DNA of 64,000 bases from an uncultured Clostridia bacterium. Lineage in GTDB: Bacteria > Bacillota > Clostridia > Oscillospirales > CAG-272. The stretch spans positions 88,182 to 152,181 of the forward strand of contig CAMJPL010000001.1 of assembly GCA_946407735.1 (NCBI GenBank). Reading direction: 5' to 3'. The notes beneath the pieces are model-generated. The model made no database searches and was not told the origin of the DNA. It was given only the letters and a program-made list of their open reading frames with translations. A program made the translations under genes and the position numbers. How positions within the stretch are numbered: position 1 is the first letter of the stretch; every line of letters starts with the position of its first letter. This document shows, piece by piece, positions 56,718 through 64,000 of the stretch.

Positions 56718-57812
56718 ATGGATATCGGATCGGTGATCAGGGCAAAAAGGCGTCAGAAGGATCTGACACAGGAGCAGCTTGCCGAATATCTGAATGTTTC
56801 GGTTTCGTCGGTTTCTCAGTGGGAGAACGGCAAAACGGCCCCCGACCTGGCTATGCTCGAGCCGATAGCCGAATTTTTCGGTATTTCTCTCGATGAGCTT
56901 TTCGGAAGACAGCCGGACGAGAAGGAAAAAGCGCTCGCTGAATATGATGAGAGGGGCGGACGCCTTGCCGCCGCCGGCGATACAGACGGCGAGATCGATC
57001 TCTGGCGGGAAGCTTTGCGCCGATTCCCCGGCGACTTCGGCTGCATGGAAAACCTTGCCACTTCACTGTTTCTGCGCATCTGCGCCGATCATGACGCCGA
57101 AGGCGTCGAAGAAATGGCGAAAGAGTGCGCGTCGATGTGCGAAAGGATACTGAGGGACTGCACCGACAGCGTGATTCGAGGCGGCGCGGTGCAGACGCTC
57201 GTGCTGCTCTATTCCTCGAGTTTTCTCTCGATCGCGAATGAGGAAAAGGCGATCGGATATGCCTGCATGGCAGTGTCGGCGTGGCAGTGCAGAGAATCTC
57301 TTCTCGAAAGCGCGTACTTTACCGAAGAAAGCCGGGACAAACGGCTGAATATCATGCACGCCAACCGCCTTTATTACATGGACCGGCTGGCTGCGAGCCT
57401 TATATATGGCTGCGACATCCGGGACGGCGAGCGTCTTTCCGCGCTGGAAACCGCGCTGAGGATATATGAGCTTATAATCTGCGACGGCAATTATCTGTTC
57501 TATCACTGCAGGATTGCGGACATCTTCTCATACATCGCCATGATGCACGCCGGGAGGCAGAGAGTCGGCGAGACTCTGGAAGCGGTTAAAAAGGCTCTGT
57601 ACCACGCCCGCGCTTACGATACGCTTCCGGCTGAGGAGCAGCGGTACACGAGCGTTTTCCTTCGCTGCGCGTCCTCCGACCCTTCACGGTGTTCAAAGAA
57701 TTATACCGAGACTCATACAAAGGTCGTTATGGATCGGTTCAAAAACCATGAATTTGACTTCATCCGGGAGAACCGGGAATTTCTTGACGCTGTCTCCGCT
57801 TATGAAGCGTGA
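56718..57812 (+). CDS. XRE-family regulator with long C-terminal TPR-like domain
   Basis: MDIGSVIRAKRRQKDLTQEQLAEYLNVSVSSVSQWENGKTAPDLAMLEPIAEFFGISLDELFG plus ~300 aa helical region. Confidence 0.88.
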   Translation: MDIGSVIRAKRRQKDLTQEQLAEYLNVSVSSVSQWENGKTAPDLAMLEPIAEFFGISLDELFGRQPDEKEKALAEYDERGGRLAAAGDTDGEIDLWREALRRFPGDFGCMENLATSLFLRICADHDAEGVEEMAKECASMCERILRDCTDSVIRGGAVQTLVLLYSSSFLSIANEEKAIGYACMAVSAWQCRESLLESAYFTEESRDKRLNIMHANRLYYMDRLAASLIYGCDIRDGERLSALETALRIYELIICDGNYLFYHCRIADIFSYIAMMHAGRQRVGETLEAVKKALYHARAYDTLPAEEQRYTSVFLRCASSDPSRCSKNYTETHTKVVMDRFKNHEFDFIRENREFLDAVSAYEA

Positions 57813-57871
57813 CGGATAAAAGGCGCGGGGAGTCTTGCTCCCCGCGCCGTGTGTCTGTATTTCCTGTTTTC

Positions 57872-59893
57872 TCACATTTCTCTCGGCCCGACGTCGCTCA
57901 CGTCTATCGGAGCGAAGCCCATCTCCCAGGCGGGAGAGTCGCAGGCGAGGGTGAAGTCGCGGTTCTTCGGGTCGGCGAACTTCGGATCGGCGAGGATCGA
58001 ATCCTGCTCGAGACCGTGCGCCTGGAAGTCGGCGAGGCAAAGGTCCCTGTCCTCGTCGCCCTTGTGCATCATGACCGGAGCGGCGTTTTCGCCCCAGATC
58101 AGGTTGCGCCCGCAGGCGATGGTGCTTTCCTCGAAATGCCTGTCCTGAATGCCGTAGACCGGGCAGCCGTCGGTGTACATTATGTTCTGCTCGAATATGA
58201 TCGACAGATGCTGCTCGAAGCGGCTGACGCGGCAGAGCTGGCCGCCGGCGTAGGCGAATATGTTGTTGCGAACCGTGTTCATGCGGCCGTAGTGCTGATG
58301 ATAGCAGTTGTCGTTGCAGTCGTAGCAGATGTTGTTCTCGAGCGTCACATATCCGGAGCCCTCGTCGGTGTACAGCGCCCATCCGCCGTAATCGTGGCTC
58401 TTGATGCCGTGGATTATGTTGTTAGCGACGACGGTGCCGGGCTGAGCGCCGAGCAGGTAGACGCCGCCCATGTCTGACAGCACGCCCTGACCGAGGTCGT
58501 GGATGTGGTTCTTGAGTATCAGGTTGTCGCGGGTGATGCTCTTTGAGTAGCCCCATACCCAGCCGCAGGAGACGCCGGTGTAGAAAAGATCGCCGATGTC
58601 GTTGTGGGCGATGCGGTTGTTGTACGAGTTCATCACCAGCACGCCGCAGCCGGCCATATATACCCGGCCGCAGTGATTTATCACGCAGTCGCAGACGCCG
58701 TTGTCGTGGGTGACGTCGCCGCATTTCGCCGGATCGGCGTCTATCTCGGCGGCGGACGCGCCGTTGATCCTCACGCCTCCGGCGCCGCCGTCATAGAAGC
58801 GGTCGCGGGCTATCCTGATCTCGGAGCTGCCCTTTCCTATGTTCACGCCGTAGAGACCGTAATTCACTATCTCGCATTTGGCGACGGCGCAGTTGTCGGC
58901 GTACTCGAAGTTGATCGTTCCGGTGCAGTTGGAGACGGCCTGACCGTCGGAGGCGAATTTGCCGTTGTCCTCGCCGTGGACGCCGACGCCGGATACGTAG
59001 TTGGACGATGTATAGGCGATTTTGAGCCCGCGGATGCGGATGTTTCTGACGTGTTTGTCGGACGTTCCCTTGATGTTTACAAGCTCGCCGGTGCAGGGGA
59101 TGTGAGCCTCGATGTTATCGGCCGTCTCGCCATCGCGCGGGATGTAGTACAGCTTTCCGGCGGGTCTGTCGTAATACGCCTCGCCGGGATTATTAAAGGC
59201 CTCGGGGATGTTCTCGACGATGAAGCCGAAATTGGTCGTCAGATTGAAGCGGGAGGGGTACCTGAGAGTGATCCTGCCGCTTTCGGCGTCGTAGTCCTCG
59301 ACGGGCGAGTGCTCGTCGATCCAGTAGTGGTTGAACGATATCACGGCGTCCTTCATGTGCTCGGGCGAGATGCATGAGAGGGCGGCCGGGTCGCCGGACA
59401 GCCATTTTGACGGAGCGAAGAGAGCCGGGGCGGGATTCTCGAAGCCGGTCATTTTCAGCCGCTCCTCGCCCTCGGCGGGATAGCGGGTCTTTTTCGCTCT
59501 CTCGCCGCAGACATAGAGGTCGGTCACGACCGTGTCGCCGATCTCGGCGGAAAGGCAGGGAACGCCGTTGAATGTGTCAGCCTTGAAGCCGACGATCTTC
59601 TTTCCGCCGCTGATGACGGCCTTTTCGCAGGCGCTGTACGACTCGATGGTGATGTTGGTCACGTCGGGACCGATGGTCAGCGGCTTTGCGAATTCATACT
59701 CGCCGGGGAGCAGCCTGATCGTCACCGGCTGGTCGACGCCGCTGCGGCGAAGCTCGGCGACGGCGACAAGCGCCGATTCTATCGAAGCGAACGGACCGTC
59801 GCCGTTCGGCTTTGAAGTCGGGCTCTGACCCGTCATGTCGCGGGGGGCGTTTTTGTCTACGTAATAGGTGGAAACGGTGTTGTAAGGTCTCAT
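57872..59893 (-). CDS. Right-handed parallel beta-helix repeat protein
   Basis: GPFASIESALVAVAELRRSGVDQPVTIRLLPGEYEFAKPLTI; NSYNNRIAHNDIGDLFYTGVSCGW; NLILKNHIHDLGQGVLSDMGGVY. Confidence 0.85.
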   Translation of the reverse strand: MRPYNTVSTYYVDKNAPRDMTGQSPTSKPNGDGPFASIESALVAVAELRRSGVDQPVTIRLLPGEYEFAKPLTIGPDVTNITIESYSACEKAVISGGKKIVGFKADTFNGVPCLSAEIGDTVVTDLYVCGERAKKTRYPAEGEERLKMTGFENPAPALFAPSKWLSGDPAALSCISPEHMKDAVISFNHYWIDEHSPVEDYDAESGRITLRYPSRFNLTTNFGFIVENIPEAFNNPGEAYYDRPAGKLYYIPRDGETADNIEAHIPCTGELVNIKGTSDKHVRNIRIRGLKIAYTSSNYVSGVGVHGEDNGKFASDGQAVSNCTGTINFEYADNCAVAKCEIVNYGLYGVNIGKGSSEIRIARDRFYDGGAGGVRINGASAAEIDADPAKCGDVTHDNGVCDCVINHCGRVYMAGCGVLVMNSYNNRIAHNDIGDLFYTGVSCGWVWGYSKSITRDNLILKNHIHDLGQGVLSDMGGVYLLGAQPGTVVANNIIHGIKSHDYGGWALYTDEGSGYVTLENNICYDCNDNCYHQHYGRMNTVRNNIFAYAGGQLCRVSRFEQHLSIIFEQNIMYTDGCPVYGIQDRHFEESTIACGRNLIWGENAAPVMMHKGDEDRDLCLADFQAHGLEQDSILADPKFADPKNRDFTLACDSPAWEMGFAPIDVSDVGPREM

Positions 59894-59951
59894 GGATGCT
59901 TACCTCCGTATGATTTATGTCGGTGTTTTGGCTGCCTTGCTATGCGCGCCG

Positions 59952-60356
59952 TCACTCTGCGAGGGAGAACCCGAACGAGCCTTCCTCGCATTTTTCTGAC
60001 GTCTCGATTATGATATATACGGTTTTGTTTTTCGGAAGATCGGCTGACGATCCGACATTTTCTCCGGCTTTTATCGAAAACAGCGGAGTCTTTCCGTCCC
60101 CGGAGTCATAATACACGTCGGCCGCGCCGGTCTGGAGGCTTCCCGTGTATGTCATCACGGGCGACCCGTCATTTCCGGTTTTCAGACGGAAGACCATCCT
60201 GCCCTCGAACTGCCAGAAGCTCATCGCGGCGTGATCCGACGTGTTCGAGTGCACGAAGGCGGACGCCCTGTATGACGAAACGTATCTGCCGCAGCCTGAG
60301 AGACAGAGACAGAATATCACGGCCGCGGCGATGAGCAGAACGGTTTTTCTTTTCAT
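59952..60356 (-). CDS. Small hypothetical lipoprotein
   Basis: MKRKTVLLIAAAVIFCLCLSGCGRY signal/lipobox. Confidence 0.7.
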   Translation of the reverse strand: MKRKTVLLIAAAVIFCLCLSGCGRYVSSYRASAFVHSNTSDHAAMSFWQFEGRMVFRLKTGNDGSPVMTYTGSLQTGAADVYYDSGDGKTPLFSIKAGENVGSSADLPKNKTVYIIIETSEKCEEGSFGFSLAE

Positions 60357-60808
60357 GATCGGGTGTTCCCTCCGTTTTCGGCATCGGCGGACGTAAACTC
60401 GTCCGCCGTTATGACGCGGTAGCCCTCTTTTATCGCCATGGCGGCGAAAACGCCGTCGCCGTCTGTAAGGACGCCTGTGAAGCTGCCGTCGTATATCCGC
60501 CCCTTCCCGCAGCTCGGGCTGCGCGGCTGAAGGATGATGAGATCCGGCTTATTCCGGCGGACTGTCTCCATCGCCATTTCGGCTCCGATGGTGAATTCCT
60601 TCGTGACGTCGCGCCCGTCCTTCGTCATTACCCTGTCGGCTCTCCGTTCGGACGGCGTTCTCGGCGTCGGGAGGCCTCCGAGCGTCTCGGGGCAGAGCGG
60701 GATGAGCTCATTGTCTTCGGCGAGTCTGACGATTCGCTCGTCATAGTTGCTTTTTCCGTTGTACTTGCAGTTTTCCCCGAGAAGGCAGGCAGATACGGCG
60801 ATCTTCAT
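60353..60808 (-). CDS. DUF523-family protein
   Basis: MKIAVSACLLGENCKYNGKSN...PLCPETLGGLPTPRTPSER...LQPRSPSCGKGRIYDG. Confidence 0.88.
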   Translation of the reverse strand: MKIAVSACLLGENCKYNGKSNYDERIVRLAEDNELIPLCPETLGGLPTPRTPSERRADRVMTKDGRDVTKEFTIGAEMAMETVRRNKPDLIILQPRSPSCGKGRIYDGSFTGVLTDGDGVFAAMAIKEGYRVITADEFTSADAENGGNTRS

Positions 60809-60809
60809 T

Positions 60810-62291
60810 TTACATATGCTCCGGCTTGAAGCCGTCGGCCATCTCGAGTATCTCGACGCGCTCGCGGTCTATTATGTCGAACAGCTTGTTCATTCTCGTG
60901 ACGAAGATGTATTTCGCCTTGACGATAGGCATGGCGTCGAGTATCTGCCATATCCCCTCGGCGCCTTCGGCGTAGGAGGTCGTCTGGAAGGTCTCGTTCA
61001 GAAGGATCAGGGCGTGCGGATGGTTTTCGACGCCGTCGACGATCCTCGCTATCTGCTGTACCTCGCCCTCGAAGCGTCCGGCCGTGTCGCCGGCGCGGAA
61101 ATCCTCCTCGGCCGAGGAAAAATGGGAGTACAGCGCCCCGCGGATGGATATCTCCGCCTCGGCGGCGGTGACGGGGAGCCCGGCCTGAGCCATGATATGG
61201 GCGATGCCGATGCCGCGCAGGAGGGTGGTCTTGCCCATGTTGCTCCGCCCGCGTATGATTATGCCGTCTGACTCGCGCGTCAGCTCGATGTCGGACGGGA
61301 CGATGTCGGCGCCGGTCTTGTTCTCGGTGACGAGGGAGAAAGTGCGCAGGGTCTTCAGAGAGAAACGGTCCTCGTCAGCATCCAGAAGCTTCGGGAACGA
61401 CCAGTCTATCCCGGACTCACTGAGGAAGCCGATCATCTCAAGCGCAGCGTCGTAGAATACTATCTCTCCCGACAGGCCGGAGAAGGTGTCGTATATGCCG
61501 CCTGTGACCGACGTCAGAGCGGCGTCGATCCTGCGAAGCGATTCGCTCGCGATATACAGCGCGTCGTCTACCGTCGCCTCGTCGCTCTCTATCGGGAAGA
61601 CGGCGGCGTCGCCGGTCTTTTTGCGGCTGAACAGCTTGGCGAGCGGGTTCTGCGGCTTGTCGTCGATCTCGGTTATCTCGCAGAGATCGGCGGTCGTGAG
61701 ACGGAGAGCGGTGTCGAGCTCGGCCATCGCCGAGAACTCGAAATCGGCAGGAGATTTGTACCTGAACAGGGCGCTCACCCTCTCGAGCTCGCTCAGCCTC
61801 TCGCTTTCGAGCATCGACCTGCAGAAGTCGCGTATCGACGTAAGACATTCGCTCTTTATCTCGTATTTGCCTATGATCTCGGCGAAGGAGGCGAAGAACG
61901 AGGTGATCGTCTTCGGGAACATCGCCGTCACCTTGAGCGAGGCGAAGGTGTATTCGAGAAGGGCGCGGCGGTTCACCGAACCCGACTGCGGATAGGCTCC
62001 CGAGCGCATCTGCTGCCAGTCGGAGCGGACGCGGTCGTATCTTGAGAATATAGTCTTGAGCTCGTCAAGAAGTCCGTCGTTTTCGATGAAATCGCGCATC
62101 AGCTGCTGACGGTATTCGATGTCGGCTCTGTCGGTGAGCGGGCGGCTGAGAACGCCGAGAAGATAGTCGGCGCGGCGCTGATCCGATACCGTCTTCCTCA
62201 CGGCACGGTCGAGCGACAGGTCGTAGGCGAGATCGAATACCTCGGTGCGCTCGGCGGATTCGGGCGTGCGGTATAATAAACTGAATTTCAT
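60810..62291 (-). CDS. MutS-core ATPase (DNA mismatch repair MutS-like, lacking mismatch-recognition domain), copy 1
   Basis: IIRGRSNMGKTTLLRGIGIAHIMAQAG...ALILLNETFQTTSYAEG. Confidence 0.85.
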   Translation of the reverse strand: MKFSLLYRTPESAERTEVFDLAYDLSLDRAVRKTVSDQRRADYLLGVLSRPLTDRADIEYRQQLMRDFIENDGLLDELKTIFSRYDRVRSDWQQMRSGAYPQSGSVNRRALLEYTFASLKVTAMFPKTITSFFASFAEIIGKYEIKSECLTSIRDFCRSMLESERLSELERVSALFRYKSPADFEFSAMAELDTALRLTTADLCEITEIDDKPQNPLAKLFSRKKTGDAAVFPIESDEATVDDALYIASESLRRIDAALTSVTGGIYDTFSGLSGEIVFYDAALEMIGFLSESGIDWSFPKLLDADEDRFSLKTLRTFSLVTENKTGADIVPSDIELTRESDGIIIRGRSNMGKTTLLRGIGIAHIMAQAGLPVTAAEAEISIRGALYSHFSSAEEDFRAGDTAGRFEGEVQQIARIVDGVENHPHALILLNETFQTTSYAEGAEGIWQILDAMPIVKAKYIFVTRMNKLFDIIDRERVEILEMADGFKPEHM

Positions 62292-62297
62292 GATGCG

Positions 62298-63761
62298 TTA
62301 TACCTCTCCGAATCTCTCGCCGAGCTGTTCTCTTGTCAGACGGTATTTAAGCAGGATGTCTCGGGCGTAGCTCGAGCTGTCGGCGCGGCGGCGCTCCACC
62401 TTGTATGTCCTGCGGTTCGCGTCGGTATGATCGACGACGACGTTCAGATACGGTATCTGATTCTGGCTTATTCCGAGCTGATGAGTGATGTAAAGCCCGA
62501 ACACGCCGGTGCTGTACAGCCGCGACGCCAGAGAAGAGGTGAGGTTCACGGCTATATCCTCGGTCGTCGTCGAGTACGTCTCGTTCAGCAGCACGATGGA
62601 GCTGCCGTCGGCCTTCGCAAGGATGGCGTCGACGCGGTTCTGGTCGTCCATGAAGCGGCCGTTCTCGTCGAAGCGCTCGTCCCTCGGGAAATGGGTGTAG
62701 ATGCCGTCCGGTATGCTCATCTCGGCCGACTCGCAGGCGACCGGGCATCCGAGAGCGAACATGACGGCGGTGGTCCCCACGGCGCGGAGATACGTCGTCT
62801 TGCCGCCTCCGTTGGCGCCGGTGAGATAGAAGAAGGGCTCGTCGGCGGTGAAGAGGATGTCGTTCGGTATGATCTTCATGTCGTCCTTCGCGAGGAGCGT
62901 TATGTCGTATGCCGAGCGGACGTCGATCTTCTTCTCCGTTGATATCGTCGGGAATATGAGCGGTATCCCGGCGGCGGTCACACGGTCGAACGCCGACGCG
63001 AAACCGAGGTAGAACCGAAGCTGACCGATATATGAAAGCACTGCGCGGTCGTAGAACTTTCCCATCTCTTTCCGGAAGGCGGCGAAGGCGGCGAACTCAT
63101 CCGGCAGCGCCTTGACGACGCCGCTGATGATGTTCATCGAAAGCGGATTCGCTTGCTTGACGTCCGGGATCGGGCGGGGAAGCCCCAGACCCTCGGCGCA
63201 TTCGGCGATGGTCTGGAGATATGTGCTTTTCGGGCTGTCCTTTACCCTGATCGACTCGCCCTTCGTGATGAAGCAGACTCTGTTTTTCAGAAGTCCGGTC
63301 ACCATCGGCAGGACGTTTTCGAGAGCGGACGAGGTGCGGTCGAACCAGCTCATCCCGGTCTGGGCGGTGAAAAACGAGTTGAACCGCGAAAGCAGCTCTC
63401 CGCTGCCGGAAAGAGCCGCCGCCGCCTTATAAAACGCGAGCAGTCTCGAGGCGAGGGTGACATATATGACGTCCCTCTCGCTGTCCGAGCGGGCTGCGCC
63501 GTACAGCGCGTCGGTCTCGCCGAGCTCCTCTGCCGCCGAGAGCAGAGTCTGCATCCGTCCCCTGAATCCGGAGTCGGTGAGGCACGAAAATACCTCCCGT
63601 CGGGCGCGGATGTCCTCCTCGCCGAGAAGATACCCGGCGTCGTCGAGCGTGTGCTCCGGCAGAAGCGCCGTCAGCCTGAGATCGTCGAACGTTTCGGCGG
63701 ATATTTTGTTTTCCGGTCTGTCGGCGGTGAAAAGCAGATCGGGAAAGATAGATTGCGCCAT
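62298..63761 (-). CDS. MutS-core ATPase, copy 2
   Basis: FYLTGANGGGKTTYLRAVGTTAVMFALGCPVACESAEMS...SSIVLLNETYSTTTEDIA...VFGLYITHQLG. Confidence 0.85.
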   Translation of the reverse strand: MAQSIFPDLLFTADRPENKISAETFDDLRLTALLPEHTLDDAGYLLGEEDIRARREVFSCLTDSGFRGRMQTLLSAAEELGETDALYGAARSDSERDVIYVTLASRLLAFYKAAAALSGSGELLSRFNSFFTAQTGMSWFDRTSSALENVLPMVTGLLKNRVCFITKGESIRVKDSPKSTYLQTIAECAEGLGLPRPIPDVKQANPLSMNIISGVVKALPDEFAAFAAFRKEMGKFYDRAVLSYIGQLRFYLGFASAFDRVTAAGIPLIFPTISTEKKIDVRSAYDITLLAKDDMKIIPNDILFTADEPFFYLTGANGGGKTTYLRAVGTTAVMFALGCPVACESAEMSIPDGIYTHFPRDERFDENGRFMDDQNRVDAILAKADGSSIVLLNETYSTTTEDIAVNLTSSLASRLYSTGVFGLYITHQLGISQNQIPYLNVVVDHTDANRRTYKVERRRADSSSYARDILLKYRLTREQLGERFGEV

Positions 63762-63867
63762 TTGGATATATCCTTGAAAATAGTCGGTTTATTACATACA
63801 CTATTGTAGCACAAATCCATGCCGTTGTCAATGAGGATGATGTGAACAGAGACGCGGCGTGAAATAC

Positions 63868-63896
63868 AAAAAAGCCCGACGCCGGGCGTTCGGGCT
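63868..63896 (-). terminator. Minus-strand intrinsic terminator of the gene entering from the right edge
   Basis: Minus strand AGCCCG-aacgcccggcgt-CGGGCTTTTTT. Confidence 0.65.
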
Positions 63897-63936
63897 GTAT
63901 GTTAGATTGTGGCAGATATTATATCCCTATGATATA

Positions 63937-64000
63937 TCATCCTGTGACGCTGCCTTTTTCTCTCTTTTCATGCTGCGACATCAGCCAGTACATCACTTCG
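63937..64000 (-). CDS. C-terminal fragment of a CDS truncated by the window edge
   Basis: Minus strand reads ...VMYWLMSQHEKREKGSVTG*, followed by a terminator. Confidence 0.4.
   Translation of the reverse strand, partial: EVMYWLMSQHEKREKGSVTG

Overview
This 64 kb window is a moderately GC-rich chromosomal segment that looks like a Clostridia/Oscillospiraceae-type Firmicute (inferred from gene content). Most of it is housekeeping: alanine dehydrogenase, RqcH, ruvCAB, ecfA1-ecfA2-ecfT-truA, a ClpE-like ATPase, pnp/rpsO, an NfnAB/GltA-like pair, MATE and MscS proteins, YfhO, and orphan solute-binding proteins. The main accessory feature is a ~4.9 kb AT-rich integrative element bounded by 43-bp direct repeats (50173-50215 and 55086-55128). 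It is inserted in the 5' half of a tRNA-Leu(UAG) gene and carries a tyrosine integrase, a HTH/excisionase-like protein, a pC194/pUB110-like rolling-circle Rep and a 147-aa orphan protein. The insertion appears to have cut the tRNA off from its native promoter, a perfect TTGACA-17-TATAAT left beyond the distal repeat and now pointing into the element. The rebuilt tRNA lies downstream of the co-oriented integrase gene. Two further att-core-like sequences lie inside the element. Other notable features: (i) a full-length P-type-ATPase-like protein with all hallmark catalytic motifs lost (38836-41706); (ii) a dispersed family of palindromic intergenic repeats, two copies of which flank ruvA in inverted orientation; (iii) four 14-bp near-palindromic tandem repeats upstream of ald; (iv) two adjacent divergent MutS-core ATPases sharing an LNET Walker B variant; (v) a P-loop kinase-like/GNAT fusion beside the element; (vi) a sigma factor with a ~350-aa extension; (vii) a 1.4-kaa SLH protein with nine YYYYT-type modules; (viii) a promoter flanked by two 14-bp direct repeats. 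No CRISPR array was seen. All calls are by eye from the sequence and the ORF track; no database search was run.
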